Below, in pieces: positions 19,288 to 28,879 of a stretch of DNA of 64,000 bases. Numbering within the stretch: position 1 is the first letter of the stretch; each line of letters begins with the position of its first letter. The notes under the pieces were generated by a model, which worked only from the letters and a program-made list of their open reading frames with translations, was not told the origin of the DNA and searched no databases. The DNA is from an uncultured Candidatus Saccharibacteria bacterium (GTDB taxonomy: Bacteria > Patescibacteriota > Minisyncoccia > Phycocordibacterales > WO2-35-19): positions 457-64,456 of the forward strand of contig CAYXKV010000001.1 in NCBI GenBank assembly GCA_964464975.1, in the 5' to 3' direction. A program made the position numbers and the translations under genes.

Positions 19288-19719
19288 ATGGGAAAAAAGA
19301 GAATCGTTAAAGCAGAAGAGAAGGTGACCGAAGGGGAGGTACAAGCTCCCAAGCGTTCTTCGAGCAAGAAGTACGTTGATTCTGGTGTACTTTATGTCCA
19401 GTCCACCTACAACAATACACTTCTTACTCTGACCGATAAAAAGGGCAATGTCCTCGGCAGTTCATCGAGCGGAGCCTCAGGCTTCAAGGGGGCTAAGAAG
19501 GGCACTCCGTTCGCAGCAGCCAAGGTGGGTGAGACTTTGGGAACCAAGGCTCAAGACTTAGGCCTTAAAGAGGTCTCAGTGGTGGTCAAAGGAGTAGGAT
19601 CGGGAAGGGAGTCGAGTATCAGAGGATTTATTTCTAAAGGCTTCAGCATAACTTCTATAAAGGACGAAACACCTGTGCCTCATAACGGGCCTAAGCCTAA
19701 GAAACCGAGAAGAGTGTAA
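19288..19719 (+). CDS. rpsK: 30S ribosomal protein S11
   Basis: STYNNT, KGTPFAA, TPVPHNG; start at ATG 19288. Confidence 0.97.
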   Translation: MGKKRIVKAEEKVTEGEVQAPKRSSSKKYVDSGVLYVQSTYNNTLLTLTDKKGNVLGSSSSGASGFKGAKKGTPFAAAKVGETLGTKAQDLGLKEVSVVVKGVGSGRESSIRGFISKGFSITSIKDETPVPHNGPKPKKPRRV

Positions 19720-19766
19720 ACGGCTCAAAAACTAATTAACATCGATAAAGCGAATAATCATCCAGT

Positions 19767-20366
19767 ATGAAGATCGGACCAAAATACAAAATTGCCAGAC
19801 GGCTTAGAGCGCCAATTTTTGAGAAGACTCAATCTCAGAAGTATTCTCTACGTGAGGCAAAAAAGCTCAAGAACAAACCCATGAGACCTAAAACGGCCTT
19901 CGGGTTGCAACTTACCGAAAAACAGAAGGCAAGAATGTTTTATGGAGTTACCGAAAAGCAGTTTGCAAAGTACGTTAAGCTCTCCCTTTCCAAAAAAGGC
20001 GAGTCCCCGGTTCAAAATCTTCTTTCCATGCTTGAGCGCAGGTTGGACAATGTAGTATGGAGGGCGGGGTTTTTGCCCACCCACTTGGCTGCAAGACAGG
20101 CCGTAGCTCACGGTCATTTCAAAGTTAATGGCAGGAGAGTGTATGTACCATCCTATGAAGTAAGGCCAGGAGACATGATATCAGTAAGGGAGGGAAGCGA
20201 CAAAAGTAAGCTATTTTCTGATGACGAAACCAGGGCAGAATCAAGGACTCTTCCAGATTGGCTTTCCTTGAAAGGCAAAAGAGAGATAGAGGTCAAGAAA
20301 ACTAAAGTGGCGGCCTCAGAGCTCCTTTTCGATCTTGGACAAGTGATCGAATACTACCAAAGATAA
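19767..20366 (+). CDS. rpsD: 30S ribosomal protein S4
   Basis: LERRLDNVVWRAG, ARQAVAHGH. Confidence 0.96.
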   Translation: MKIGPKYKIARRLRAPIFEKTQSQKYSLREAKKLKNKPMRPKTAFGLQLTEKQKARMFYGVTEKQFAKYVKLSLSKKGESPVQNLLSMLERRLDNVVWRAGFLPTHLAARQAVAHGHFKVNGRRVYVPSYEVRPGDMISVREGSDKSKLFSDDETRAESRTLPDWLSLKGKREIEVKKTKVAASELLFDLGQVIEYYQR

Positions 20367-20417
20367 TTTGATTTTTTATAAAAAATATTATAATTTATAG
20401 GCTCTAAATTTAATAAT

Positions 20418-21398
20418 ATGACCGAATATTTGGAAAAATCCATAGTGCTACCTTCGAAACCTAAAGTCGTACACGAAGATGAAGTCAAGGGCGTCTATGA
20501 AATAGACGGCTTTTATCCGGGCTACGGCTTCACTATTGGTAACAGCCTCCGAAGGATCATTCTTTCCTCACTGCGAGGCGCTGCTATTACCTCCGTCAAG
20601 ATAGACGGAGTGGATCACGAGTTTTCTTCGATTGAGGGGGTCAAGGAGGACGTGATCACTATTATACTAAATATCAAAAAGCTCAGAATCAAGATGCTTA
20701 CAGACGAGCCGCAGACACTTTCAATCAAAGCTAAAGGTGCCAAAGTGGTGGTTGCAAGCGATATCGAGGCTCCGGGACAAGTTGAGATAGTAAACCCGGA
20801 TTTGGTAATTGCCACCTTAACTGACAAAGATTCTGAACTTAAGATCGAGATGACAGCAGAGAAGGGGATCGGCTTCGTATCCAAGGACAATCTTTCCAAG
20901 CAGAAAGTCGATATAGGCAATATAGTTTTGGACGCCAACTTCACACCGATCAGGCGAGCAAGCTACGAAGTTGAGAACATGCGGGTTGGGGACAGAACGG
21001 ACTTCAACAGGCTTCGAATGACTATCGAAACTGACGGCAGCTTATCTCCAAAGGAGGCCATGGAGAAATCCATAAATATAATGATTGAACAACTCAAGGC
21101 TATCACCGGTTTTGAGGAAAAGGAAAATTATGAGGAAGAGAGGATAGACAACATAGACGAAAAAAAACCTGACCATGAACCGAAACAAAAAATCGATCCG
21201 GAATTTTTGAAAACAAGAATTGAGAGTTTGGGCTTTTCCGCAAGGACTCTTAACGCTCTTTCGGGAGCGAACATTCGCACCATCGGAGGGCTCGCCCGAA
21301 AGAAGGAGAAGGATATCCTTGAGATCGAAGGCCTCGGAGCCAAAGGCGTTGCTGAAATAAAGAGAGTTTTAGGAGAGCACGGGATAACCTTAAAGTAG
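20418..21398 (+). CDS. rpoA: RNA polymerase subunit alpha
   Basis: GYGFTIGNSLRRIILSS, HEFSSIEGVKED, alpha-CTD. Confidence 0.97.
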   Translation: MTEYLEKSIVLPSKPKVVHEDEVKGVYEIDGFYPGYGFTIGNSLRRIILSSLRGAAITSVKIDGVDHEFSSIEGVKEDVITIILNIKKLRIKMLTDEPQTLSIKAKGAKVVVASDIEAPGQVEIVNPDLVIATLTDKDSELKIEMTAEKGIGFVSKDNLSKQKVDIGNIVLDANFTPIRRASYEVENMRVGDRTDFNRLRMTIETDGSLSPKEAMEKSINIMIEQLKAITGFEEKENYEEERIDNIDEKKPDHEPKQKIDPEFLKTRIESLGFSARTLNALSGANIRTIGGLARKKEKDILEIEGLGAKGVAEIKRVLGEHGITLK

Positions 21399-21465
21399 GA
21401 AGGCTGATGATTTAAGATTCAAGAATTTTCATAAACCCTAAATCAATAATCTTAAATCTAAACAA

Positions 21466-21813
21466 ATGAAACATCACAACCAAAACAGAAAATTAGGAAG
21501 GGTTAGGAAGCAAAGGAGAGCGCTTCTTAATTCTCTTGCCCGCTCGCTCATTCTCAAAAAAAAAATAAAGACTACCGAACCCAAAGCAAAAGAATTGCGC
21601 CCGTTCGTCGAGAAGCTCGTAACCATGGGCAAGAAAAATGACGCCGCCGCAAGGAGGCTTGCGAGCGAAAAACTTGACCGCATTGCTGTCAAGGCTCTTT
21701 TTGATAACGTTGCCAAAAAATATATTGATCGAAAGGGTGGTTATACTCGGATTACCAAAAGCGGCAGGCGACTTTCTGACGGCAGCCGAATGGCTATTAT
21801 CGAGTTTGTGTAA
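21466..21813 (+). CDS. rplQ: 50S ribosomal protein L17
   Basis: RKLGR, IKTTEPKAKELR, RKGGYTRI. Confidence 0.97.
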   Translation: MKHHNQNRKLGRVRKQRRALLNSLARSLILKKKIKTTEPKAKELRPFVEKLVTMGKKNDAAARRLASEKLDRIAVKALFDNVAKKYIDRKGGYTRITKSGRRLSDGSRMAIIEFV

Positions 21814-21831
21814 TTACTACCTTAGGGAATT

Positions 21832-22197
21832 ATGTCTAAAGAAATCAACAAAATGGAATACGAGATAGATGCTCAGGGCAAAAAACTTGGAAGGATTGCA
21901 AGCGAGGCTGCCTCTTTGCTCATGGGTAAGAACAGAGCAGATTTTGTTCGCAATAAAGTTTTTGACGTAAAGGTAAAGATAATTAACGCCGGTAAAATAT
22001 CGGTAACCAACAGAAAGATGGAGAACAAGGTCTACAAGAACTACTCCGGATACCCGGGCGGACTTAAGGAAAAGAGCATGAAAAAGCTTGTTTCCGATAA
22101 CAGTATGGGAAAGGCTTTGGCTATAGCTACACGGGGAATGCTTCCAAAAAATAAGCTCCGTGACAGAATGATAAAAAACCTTATTATTACTGAATAA
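21832..22197 (+). CDS. rplM: 50S ribosomal protein L13
   Basis: IDAQGKKLGRIAS, SGYPGGLK, GMLPKNKL. Confidence 0.96.
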   Translation: MSKEINKMEYEIDAQGKKLGRIASEAASLLMGKNRADFVRNKVFDVKVKIINAGKISVTNRKMENKVYKNYSGYPGGLKEKSMKKLVSDNSMGKALAIATRGMLPKNKLRDRMIKNLIITE

Positions 22198-22219
22198 TTT
22201 TTTGCTAAATTTTGCAAAA

Positions 22220-22633
22220 ATGACCACAATGAAAGAAAAAAACAAAGATCGATATGTTGAGGCGGTCGGCCGAAGAAAGACTTCGTCCGCGAGAGTGCGC
22301 ATCACACCGGCATCCAAGACAAGCTACATCATAAACGGACGTGATCTGGCTTCATATTTCCCAACTGAAGATTTGAGAAACATAGTTGAAGAAGCTATAG
22401 GCAAATCAAAAGCAAAAAATTTTGCGGTATCAGTCAAAGTCGCTGGCGGAGGCATACACTCCCAAGCGGAAGCGGTGCGCCACGGCATAGCCCGAGCTTT
22501 AGTGGAACATGACGAAACCCTCAAAGAGATAGTCAAAAAATCAGGTTTTTTGAAGCGTGATCCACGTGCCAAAGAACGCCGCAAATTCGGCCTGAAGAAG
22601 GCAAGGAAGGCCCCGCAATGGTCTAAGCGTTAG
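22220..22633 (+). CDS. rpsI: 30S ribosomal protein S9
   Basis: GRRKTSSARV, ERRKFGLKKARKAPQWSKR. Confidence 0.97.
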   Translation: MTTMKEKNKDRYVEAVGRRKTSSARVRITPASKTSYIINGRDLASYFPTEDLRNIVEEAIGKSKAKNFAVSVKVAGGGIHSQAEAVRHGIARALVEHDETLKEIVKKSGFLKRDPRAKERRKFGLKKARKAPQWSKR

Positions 22634-22689
22634 TAAACAAGAACAATTCGGCTATTGTTTATTGTCAGTATACGTTAAGCTTCCGTAGT

Positions 22690-22719
22690 CCCGCACCAAG
22701 CTTTGCTTTGGTGCTGGGG
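22690..22719. repeat. Intergenic palindrome CCCGCACCAA...TTGGTGCTGGG
   Basis: Inverted repeat after rpsI; REP-like element or terminator. Confidence 0.55.
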
Positions 22720-22817
22720 CAAGAAAAGCGCCGCAGTGGAGCAAGAGGTAATACTTTCAATTGAAGTCGAATTTTAGAGAATAGATCTGCTTGCACTCTA
22801 TTTTCAAAATTGATAAC

Positions 22818-22848
22818 ATTCCAATATTCTGCAGAATATGAGAATGAA
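22818..22848. repeat. Palindromic repeat copy 1 (core ATATTCTGCAGAATAT)
   Basis: ATTCCAATATTCTGCAGAATATGAGAATGAA; contains the HTH gene ATG. Confidence 0.9.
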
Positions 22849-23128
22849 AAGAATTAACGTAACTAAAACATCAAAACAGCTCGAAAGACACATAAAAGGA
22901 GTGTCGAATCATTGGCGTATTGAGATTTTAGTCCAGGTAGCAAATGAAGAGGGCCTGTCACTCGACGAAATATGCGAACGGGTAAAAGGTAATATCAAGA
23001 CTATATCTGAGCACACCAAAAAACTTCAAACGGCGGGGCTTTTGAACAAGAAATATCATGGAAAATCAGTTTCCCATTCACTTTCGCCGTACGGCAAGGT
23101 TTTTATTGATTTTCTGAGTTCATTCTAA
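22838..23128 (+). CDS. ArsR-like winged helix-turn-helix protein
   Basis: VSNHWRIEIL...LSLDEICERVKGNIKTISEHTKKLQTAGLL; upstream TTGCAC-17-TAACAT. Confidence 0.8.
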   Translation: MRMKRINVTKTSKQLERHIKGVSNHWRIEILVQVANEEGLSLDEICERVKGNIKTISEHTKKLQTAGLLNKKYHGKSVSHSLSPYGKVFIDFLSSF

Positions 23129-23149
23129 TATTCTGCAGAATATTGGAAT
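23119..23149. repeat. Palindromic repeat copy 2 (inverted, 30/31 identical to copy 1)
   Basis: TTCATTCTAATATTCTGCAGAATATTGGAAT; contains the HTH gene TAA. Confidence 0.9.
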
Positions 23150-23181
23150 ATTTTATTAGATTTATTTGAAATTTATACGTC

Positions 23182-23778
23182 ATGAAAGACAAAGAAGAAA
23201 AGGATCAAAAAAATAAGAGCGAGGATAAGAGTTTCGATGATGTGGTTTTTGAGGGTGAAGAGGAACAGGGCAATCCAAGCTCTCTCATAAAAAAACTAAG
23301 AGTAAAGGTAAGAGAGCTTGAGGAAAAAAACCAAGAATATTTGACCGGATGGCAGAAAGAGAGGGCTGAGAGCGTCAATTTGCGCAAACGGCTCGAGGAC
23401 GAGAAGAAGGAGTTTGCCAAGTTCGCCAAGGAGGACATAGCCACGGAAATCATACCCGTCCTTGATTCTTTCGAGTCGGCCTTTAAAAACAAAGAAACGT
23501 GGGAGAAAGTTGATAAGAACTGGAGAGTAGGGATTGAGTACATACACAGCAAGCTTGTAAATGTTCTATCAAACCATGGGGTAACGGTTATTTCACCTTT
23601 GGGAGAGAAGTTTGATCCACAAAGAGACGAAGCGGTCGAGATGGTGTACACGGACAACAAGGACGACGACCAAAGGGTGCTTGAGGTCATAAGTTTGGGT
23701 TATAAACTGCAAGACAAAATCATCAGAGCACCAAAAGTAAAGGTTGGGCAATGTGACAAAAATCAGGTAAAAATTTAA
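23182..23778 (+). CDS. grpE: Nucleotide exchange factor GrpE
   Basis: RAESVNLRKR, FDPQRDEAV, GYKLQDKIIRAPKVKV; precedes dnaK. Confidence 0.95.
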   Translation: MKDKEEKDQKNKSEDKSFDDVVFEGEEEQGNPSSLIKKLRVKVRELEEKNQEYLTGWQKERAESVNLRKRLEDEKKEFAKFAKEDIATEIIPVLDSFESAFKNKETWEKVDKNWRVGIEYIHSKLVNVLSNHGVTVISPLGEKFDPQRDEAVEMVYTDNKDDDQRVLEVISLGYKLQDKIIRAPKVKVGQCDKNQVKI

Positions 23779-23802
23779 AAATTATAATTTAATTTTAATA
23801 CA

Positions 23803-25668
23803 ATGAGTAAAATAATAGGAATCGATCTAGGTACTACAAACAGCGCGGTTGCAGTGATGGAAGCGGGTAACCCGAAAATCATAGAAAATAGCGAGGGAGC
23901 TCGCACCACACCGTCGATAGTAGCCATTTCAAAAACCGGAGAGAGACTGGTAGGCCTTCTCGCCAGGCGCCAAGCAGTCACCAACCCGAGGAACACCGTT
24001 TTCGGCATCAAGAGATTCATAGGACACAATTTTGACGAGGATGCGGTGCAAAAAGACATGAAAACAGTACCTTTCGAAATATCCAAGTCAGAAACCAACG
24101 GAGTATTAGTCAAAATGAATGATAAAAATTATAGGCCTGAGGAGATTTCAGCAATGATTTTAGGCAAACTCAAGGCTGATGCCGAAGCCAAGCTTGGCGA
24201 AAAGATTACAGAAGCCATCATTACAGTACCTGCATATTTCAACGACGCTCAAAGGAAAGCTACCAAGGACGCTGGCCAAATCGCCGGCCTTGACGTGAAG
24301 AGGATCATCAATGAACCTACGGCAGCCGCCCTCGCATATGGATTTAATAAAAAAAAGGACGAACAGATAGCGGTTTTCGATTTCGGAGGAGGCACATTTG
24401 ATATTTCAATTCTCGAAGTTGGAGATGATGTCGTAGAAGTCAAAGCGACGGACGGCGATTCCCACCTTGGAGGCAAGGATATCGATCAAAAGATTATCCA
24501 CTGGCTCGCCGATGAGTTCAAAAAGGAAAGTGGCATTGACATTACTAAAGACCCTCTTGCTCTTCAGCGACTTGATGAGGCTGCTGAGAAAGCAAAAATA
24601 GAGCTGTCAACCGCGATGGAATCTGAAGTAAACATTCCGTTTATCACCTCCGATTCTTCCGGTCCAAGGCATCTCCTTATCAAGATGTCACGCGCAAAAC
24701 TCGAGGAGCTTGCAGAGGAGTTCATAGAAAGAGCCATGGAAATCACTAAGCGAGCCATCGAATCATCGCCGTTCAAAGTCGAAGATATTGACGAAATTGT
24801 GCTGGTTGGCGGGCAGACAAGGATGCCGAAGATTGCGGAAGAAGTTAAGAAGTTTTTCGGCAAGGAACCCAACAAGTCGATCAACCCTGACGAAGTGGTA
24901 GCTCTCGGCGCAGCCATCCAGGGCGGAATCATAGCCGGAGACGTCAAAGATATTTTGCTACTTGATGTCATACCGCTTTCACTCGGTATCGAGACCATGG
25001 GCGGAGTGGCGACCAAGCTCATAGACCGCAATACCACTATTCCAGCTTCCCGCTCACAGATTTTTTCTACTGCGGCTGATAACCAGACAAGCGTAGAGAT
25101 CCACGTTGTTCAGGGCGAGAGGCCTCTTGCCATAGACAACAGAACTTTGGGCAGATTTATCCTCGACGGCATACCTCCTGCTCCGCGCGGCGTGCCGCAA
25201 GTTGAAGTCACTTTTGACATTGACGCAAACGGCATCCTAAACGTCAAAGCCAAAGACAAATCAAGCGGCAAGGAGCAGTCAATAAAAATTGAGGGCAGCT
25301 CTGGCTTATCAAAAGAGGAAATAGAAAAAATGAAAAAAGACGCCGAGGCCCATGCCGAAGAGGACCAGAGGAAAAAAGATCTTGCTGAAGCGCGCAACGT
25401 AGCCGAGCAAACTGTATATACCGCTGAAAAGGCACTAAAAGACGCTGAAGGCAAAATTACTGATGAAATTAAGAAGGTGGTTCAGGAGAGAATTGATGAG
25501 GTCAAAAAAGTAAAGGACGGCTCCAACTTGGATGCCATAAAGACTGCGATGGAAAACCTCTCCCGCGAAATGCAAAAAATTGGCGAGCACATGCAAAAAG
25601 GGAACAGCGAACAAAAAGAAACCGGAAGTGAGGATAAAAAAGCCGGGGAAGACGAGACAAAATCCTAA
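23803..25668 (+). CDS. dnaK: Chaperone DnaK
   Basis: [25 protein letters not shown]. Confidence 0.99.
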   Translation: MSKIIGIDLGTTNSAVAVMEAGNPKIIENSEGARTTPSIVAISKTGERLVGLLARRQAVTNPRNTVFGIKRFIGHNFDEDAVQKDMKTVPFEISKSETNGVLVKMNDKNYRPEEISAMILGKLKADAEAKLGEKITEAIITVPAYFNDAQRKATKDAGQIAGLDVKRIINEPTAAALAYGFNKKKDEQIAVFDFGGGTFDISILEVGDDVVEVKATDGDSHLGGKDIDQKIIHWLADEFKKESGIDITKDPLALQRLDEAAEKAKIELSTAMESEVNIPFITSDSSGPRHLLIKMSRAKLEELAEEFIERAMEITKRAIESSPFKVEDIDEIVLVGGQTRMPKIAEEVKKFFGKEPNKSINPDEVVALGAAIQGGIIAGDVKDILLLDVIPLSLGIETMGGVATKLIDRNTTIPASRSQIFSTAADNQTSVEIHVVQGERPLAIDNRTLGRFILDGIPPAPRGVPQVEVTFDIDANGILNVKAKDKSSGKEQSIKIEGSSGLSKEEIEKMKKDAEAHAEEDQRKKDLAEARNVAEQTVYTAEKALKDAEGKITDEIKKVVQERIDEVKKVKDGSNLDAIKTAMENLSREMQKIGEHMQKGNSEQKETGSEDKKAGEDETKS

Positions 25669-25688
25669 AAATTTGCTATAATAAAGCC

Positions 25689-26771
25689 ATGAAAGACTAT
25701 TACTCAATACTCGGAGTAGACAAAAAGGCTTCAAAGGATGAAATCAAGAAAGCTTTCAGGAAGCTTGCTCACGAGTACCATCCTGACAAAAAAGGAGGCA
25801 ACGCTGAGAAATTCAAGGAAGTGAACGAGGCATACAGTGTCTTATCCGATGACAAGAAGAGGTCTCAGTACGATACTTTCGGTAATGTTTATGGGCAGGC
25901 ACAGCGAGGCGGCTTTCAGGGCAATTGGGAGGATATCTTCAAGCAGGCCGGGTTTGGGCAGGGCGGGTTTGATTTTACCCAGGGTGAAAACGACTTCGGA
26001 TGGGACCTTGGCGACATTTTCGGCGAATTTTTTGGAGGCAGGAAACAAGCAAAGAGAGGCAGGGATATTTCGATTGATATAGAGCTTTCATTTGAGGAAT
26101 CGGTCTTTGGAGCCGAGCGAAACATATTGCTTAACAAAGTTTCGGTCTGCGAGGTTTGCAACGGAAGCGGTGCCAAAAAGGGTTCCGAGAAGATTGAATG
26201 CAAAACCTGCAACGGCAAAGGAAAGATCAGAGAGGTGAAGCGGTCGATTTTTGGCTCTATAGAGATGAGCCGAGGTTGCGAGACTTGCGGCGGGGAAGGC
26301 AAGGTTCCGAAGGAAAAGTGCTCGTCCTGCGGAGGTTTGGGAATTTTGAAAAAGGAAAAGGAAGTAAAAATTAAAATTCCTGGAGGCATTGATAACGGCG
26401 AGATGATCCGCCTCTCCGGCGAGGGCGAGGCCCTTAGAGGCGGAGTAAGCGGCGACCTTTACATCAAGGTTCATGTTAAAAGGCACAAGATATTCAAGAA
26501 AGAGGGCAGTGACTTAGTCATGTTCCTCGAGGTCAAGCTCTCCGACGCCCTTCTCGGTGCTGAACACAAAATAGAAACTTTAGACGGCCCCGTCACTATA
26601 AAAATTCCAGAGGGCACAGAGACGGGCGACGTTCTTTCGATCAAGGGCAAAGGTGTCCCGTTCGGATCAAAACGTGGCGACATATTAGCGAAGGTTCGCG
26701 TAATTATGCCGAAGAAACTCTCCAAATCCTCCCGCGAGGCCATAGAGAAGCTCAAGGCTGATGGAATTTGA
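25689..26771 (+). CDS. dnaJ: Chaperone DnaJ
   Basis: J domain HPD, G/F region, four CxxCxGxG. Confidence 0.98.
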   Translation: MKDYYSILGVDKKASKDEIKKAFRKLAHEYHPDKKGGNAEKFKEVNEAYSVLSDDKKRSQYDTFGNVYGQAQRGGFQGNWEDIFKQAGFGQGGFDFTQGENDFGWDLGDIFGEFFGGRKQAKRGRDISIDIELSFEESVFGAERNILLNKVSVCEVCNGSGAKKGSEKIECKTCNGKGKIREVKRSIFGSIEMSRGCETCGGEGKVPKEKCSSCGGLGILKKEKEVKIKIPGGIDNGEMIRLSGEGEALRGGVSGDLYIKVHVKRHKIFKKEGSDLVMFLEVKLSDALLGAEHKIETLDGPVTIKIPEGTETGDVLSIKGKGVPFGSKRGDILAKVRVIMPKKLSKSSREAIEKLKADGI

Positions 26772-26783
26772 TATAATCTTCTT

Positions 26784-26918
26784 ATGGATAAAAAAAGTAA
26801 AATTTTTTTTGTAATTGTCCTGCTAGCCCTTACAGTTTCTGTCGTGCTCACTTACGTTAGGACGATGGTGTCAAATGATTATCGAATAATTGGAGTGGAA
26901 GAAAATTCGGGAAAATAA
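26784..26918 (+). CDS. Small single-TM protein (44 aa)
   Basis: MDKKSKIFFVIVLLALTVSVVLTYVRTMVSNDYRIIGVEENSGK; TGATATAAT 6 nt upstream of ATG. Confidence 0.6.
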   Translation: MDKKSKIFFVIVLLALTVSVVLTYVRTMVSNDYRIIGVEENSGK

Positions 26919-26925
26919 ATTAATT

Positions 26926-27519
26926 ATGGAATATGTAAATATCCTAGGTATTACAGCGGCGATAATAGCTGCTTTTTCTCATATCCTTTATGTTAGAGCA
27001 ATACTCAAAGGAGAGACCAAACCTAGCAGAGTTACTTGGTTTATATGGTCAATTTTAGGCATCATCGTTGCCGCAAGTTATTACAAATCAGGCGCTAGAA
27101 GCACTCTTTGGATCCCGATTGGAGAAGCCTTTTGGTACAGTCTATTTTTTTTGCTTTCAATTAAATTTGGTGTGGGGGGATGGACCAAAATTGATCGAGT
27201 AGCAATAGTCGGAGCAATATTTAGCGGAGTGGTATGGTACCAAACAGGTTCGGCTTTAGTCGCCCTACTTTGCGGCCTTGGAGTGGATTTTATGGCCGCC
27301 ATACCCACGGTGTATAAATTATTCAGGAATCCTGACACTGAAGACCGTTTAGCGTGGGTATTTACCGTAGTTGGAAGCACTTTAAACCTAATAGCGATAA
27401 ATCAGTGGTCGTTTAGTATTGTGGTTTATCCGGCTTATATGTTTATTATGAATGGTTTTATTACTCTTCTTCTTTTTCGAAAGACAGAGAAGACAAATCC
27501 ACAAAATCGCGTTCTATAA
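26926..27519 (+). CDS. Multi-pass membrane protein
   Basis: About 7 hydrophobic segments; KGETKPSRVTWFIW and PTVYK...PDTE repeats reminiscent of PQ-loop topology. Confidence 0.7.
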   Translation: MEYVNILGITAAIIAAFSHILYVRAILKGETKPSRVTWFIWSILGIIVAASYYKSGARSTLWIPIGEAFWYSLFFLLSIKFGVGGWTKIDRVAIVGAIFSGVVWYQTGSALVALLCGLGVDFMAAIPTVYKLFRNPDTEDRLAWVFTVVGSTLNLIAINQWSFSIVVYPAYMFIMNGFITLLLFRKTEKTNPQNRVL

Positions 27520-27892
27520 GGCCTCTTTTTTCAAACCAATTTGGTTCGTAATGATTGTAGTTGCATAAAAGCTCTTCACCGGGTTTGATGTCGCGGCAGG
27601 CAACATCGCGATCTGGAGAAGAGATTATGTTGTAATGCCTGCTTGAATGGTTTATAAACCTCTGATCGTCAGTACAAACTATAAACAACTCGAGCAAATA
27701 GTCATAATAGCCGTATTTGAGAAATATATTTTTGTACTGCTGAGGCAATTTCTCAAAATCCTCAAAGGTAAAGGAGATATCCAACCTCGGATCATACTCC
27801 CATGTTGTTGCCCCCTCCTTTATATATTGATCGGCAAACAGCCCTATGCCATGCATACCGCTTGGCTTTAATACAGTTTTTATTCTAAGCAT
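27461..27892 (-). CDS. SET-domain protein (putative lysine methyltransferase)
   Basis: SGMHGIGLFA, RFINHS, RDIKPGEELLCNY. Confidence 0.9.
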   Translation of the reverse strand: MLRIKTVLKPSGMHGIGLFADQYIKEGATTWEYDPRLDISFTFEDFEKLPQQYKNIFLKYGYYDYLLELFIVCTDDQRFINHSSRHYNIISSPDRDVACRDIKPGEELLCNYNHYEPNWFEKRGLIERDFVDLSSLSFEKEEE

Positions 27893-27928
27893 ATTTAATT
27901 TGTTAAAATTTGATTATATAGTAAAGTA

Positions 27929-28879
27929 ATGTTAATGAAAAGACCTGAAACGCTTTACAAAGTAATGTCCTTTTGCAGGAAAGAGGGATATTTTAGGGAG
28001 ATAAAGAATGAGGATTCAGAGCCCGAGGCGGTAAGATTCGAACACAAAAACATAAAGTCCACGGGCCTCGGCGTATTGGACGCAGTCAGGTGTATTCAGG
28101 ATATAAACAGGACAAATTTTTTTCTAAGCGAAATAAAAAAACTAATAAAGAAAGGTGACGAGGTGCTCGAAGCAGGCGTTGGTACAGGTATTCTGTCTTT
28201 TGCAGCCGCAGAACAAGGCGCTCAAGTTTTAGGGATCGAACTCAATAAGGCAATACTAAAACTTGCAAAAAAAATAAAAGATAGCAAGAATCTGAGCTTT
28301 TTAAAAAATTCTACGCACTTCTTGCACAAAAACGCCCTGAAATTTAAGCCGGATCAAAAATTCGATTTCATAATATCAGAAAACATTTATACTGGGATGC
28401 TTTACGAGAAGCAGGTCCAGATAATGAATCATCTTCTGCAATTTTTGAAGCGAGGCGGAAAGGTTTTGCCAAGCGAATTGCTATCCTACATATCATTGTG
28501 CGAAGTTCATACTTCCTTGTTGCAAAAAAAGCTTCCCTTGATTGTGGTAAGCGACATAAAGGACAAAAACCTCTACAAAAATCTTTCAGACGAAGCGTTA
28601 TACAGCCATTTGAAGTTTGACAGGAAAAACAAAGAATACTTAAACGAAACAAAAGTTGTAAAAATTTTGAGATCCGGGAATATAAACGGCCTCTATATTA
28701 CTGCGCAAATCAAAATGCCTTCCGGCAAAATGCTCTCCGGATCAAAGACATCTTTTTTTGGTAACGACATAATTATTCCTATAAAGTCGACAAAAAAAGT
28801 TAAAAAAGGTGATAAAATTACAATTAGGATTTCCTACAAACTCGGAGGAAGCCCCAAAAAAATCAAGATTTTAATATAA
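27929..28879 (+). CDS. PRMT-like class I SAM-dependent methyltransferase
   Basis: DINRT, VLEAGVGTGILS, VLGIE, FDFIISE...LYE, LKRGGKVLP, C-terminal beta-rich domain. Confidence 0.75.
   Translation: MLMKRPETLYKVMSFCRKEGYFREIKNEDSEPEAVRFEHKNIKSTGLGVLDAVRCIQDINRTNFFLSEIKKLIKKGDEVLEAGVGTGILSFAAAEQGAQVLGIELNKAILKLAKKIKDSKNLSFLKNSTHFLHKNALKFKPDQKFDFIISENIYTGMLYEKQVQIMNHLLQFLKRGGKVLPSELLSYISLCEVHTSLLQKKLPLIVVSDIKDKNLYKNLSDEALYSHLKFDRKNKEYLNETKVVKILRSGNINGLYITAQIKMPSGKMLSGSKTSFFGNDIIIPIKSTKKVKKGDKITIRISYKLGGSPKKIKILI

Noticed and set aside
22729-22760. GCCGCAGTGGAGCAAGAGGT resembling a tRNA 5' end
   Set aside because: No anticodon arm, T arm or complementary acceptor strand follows.
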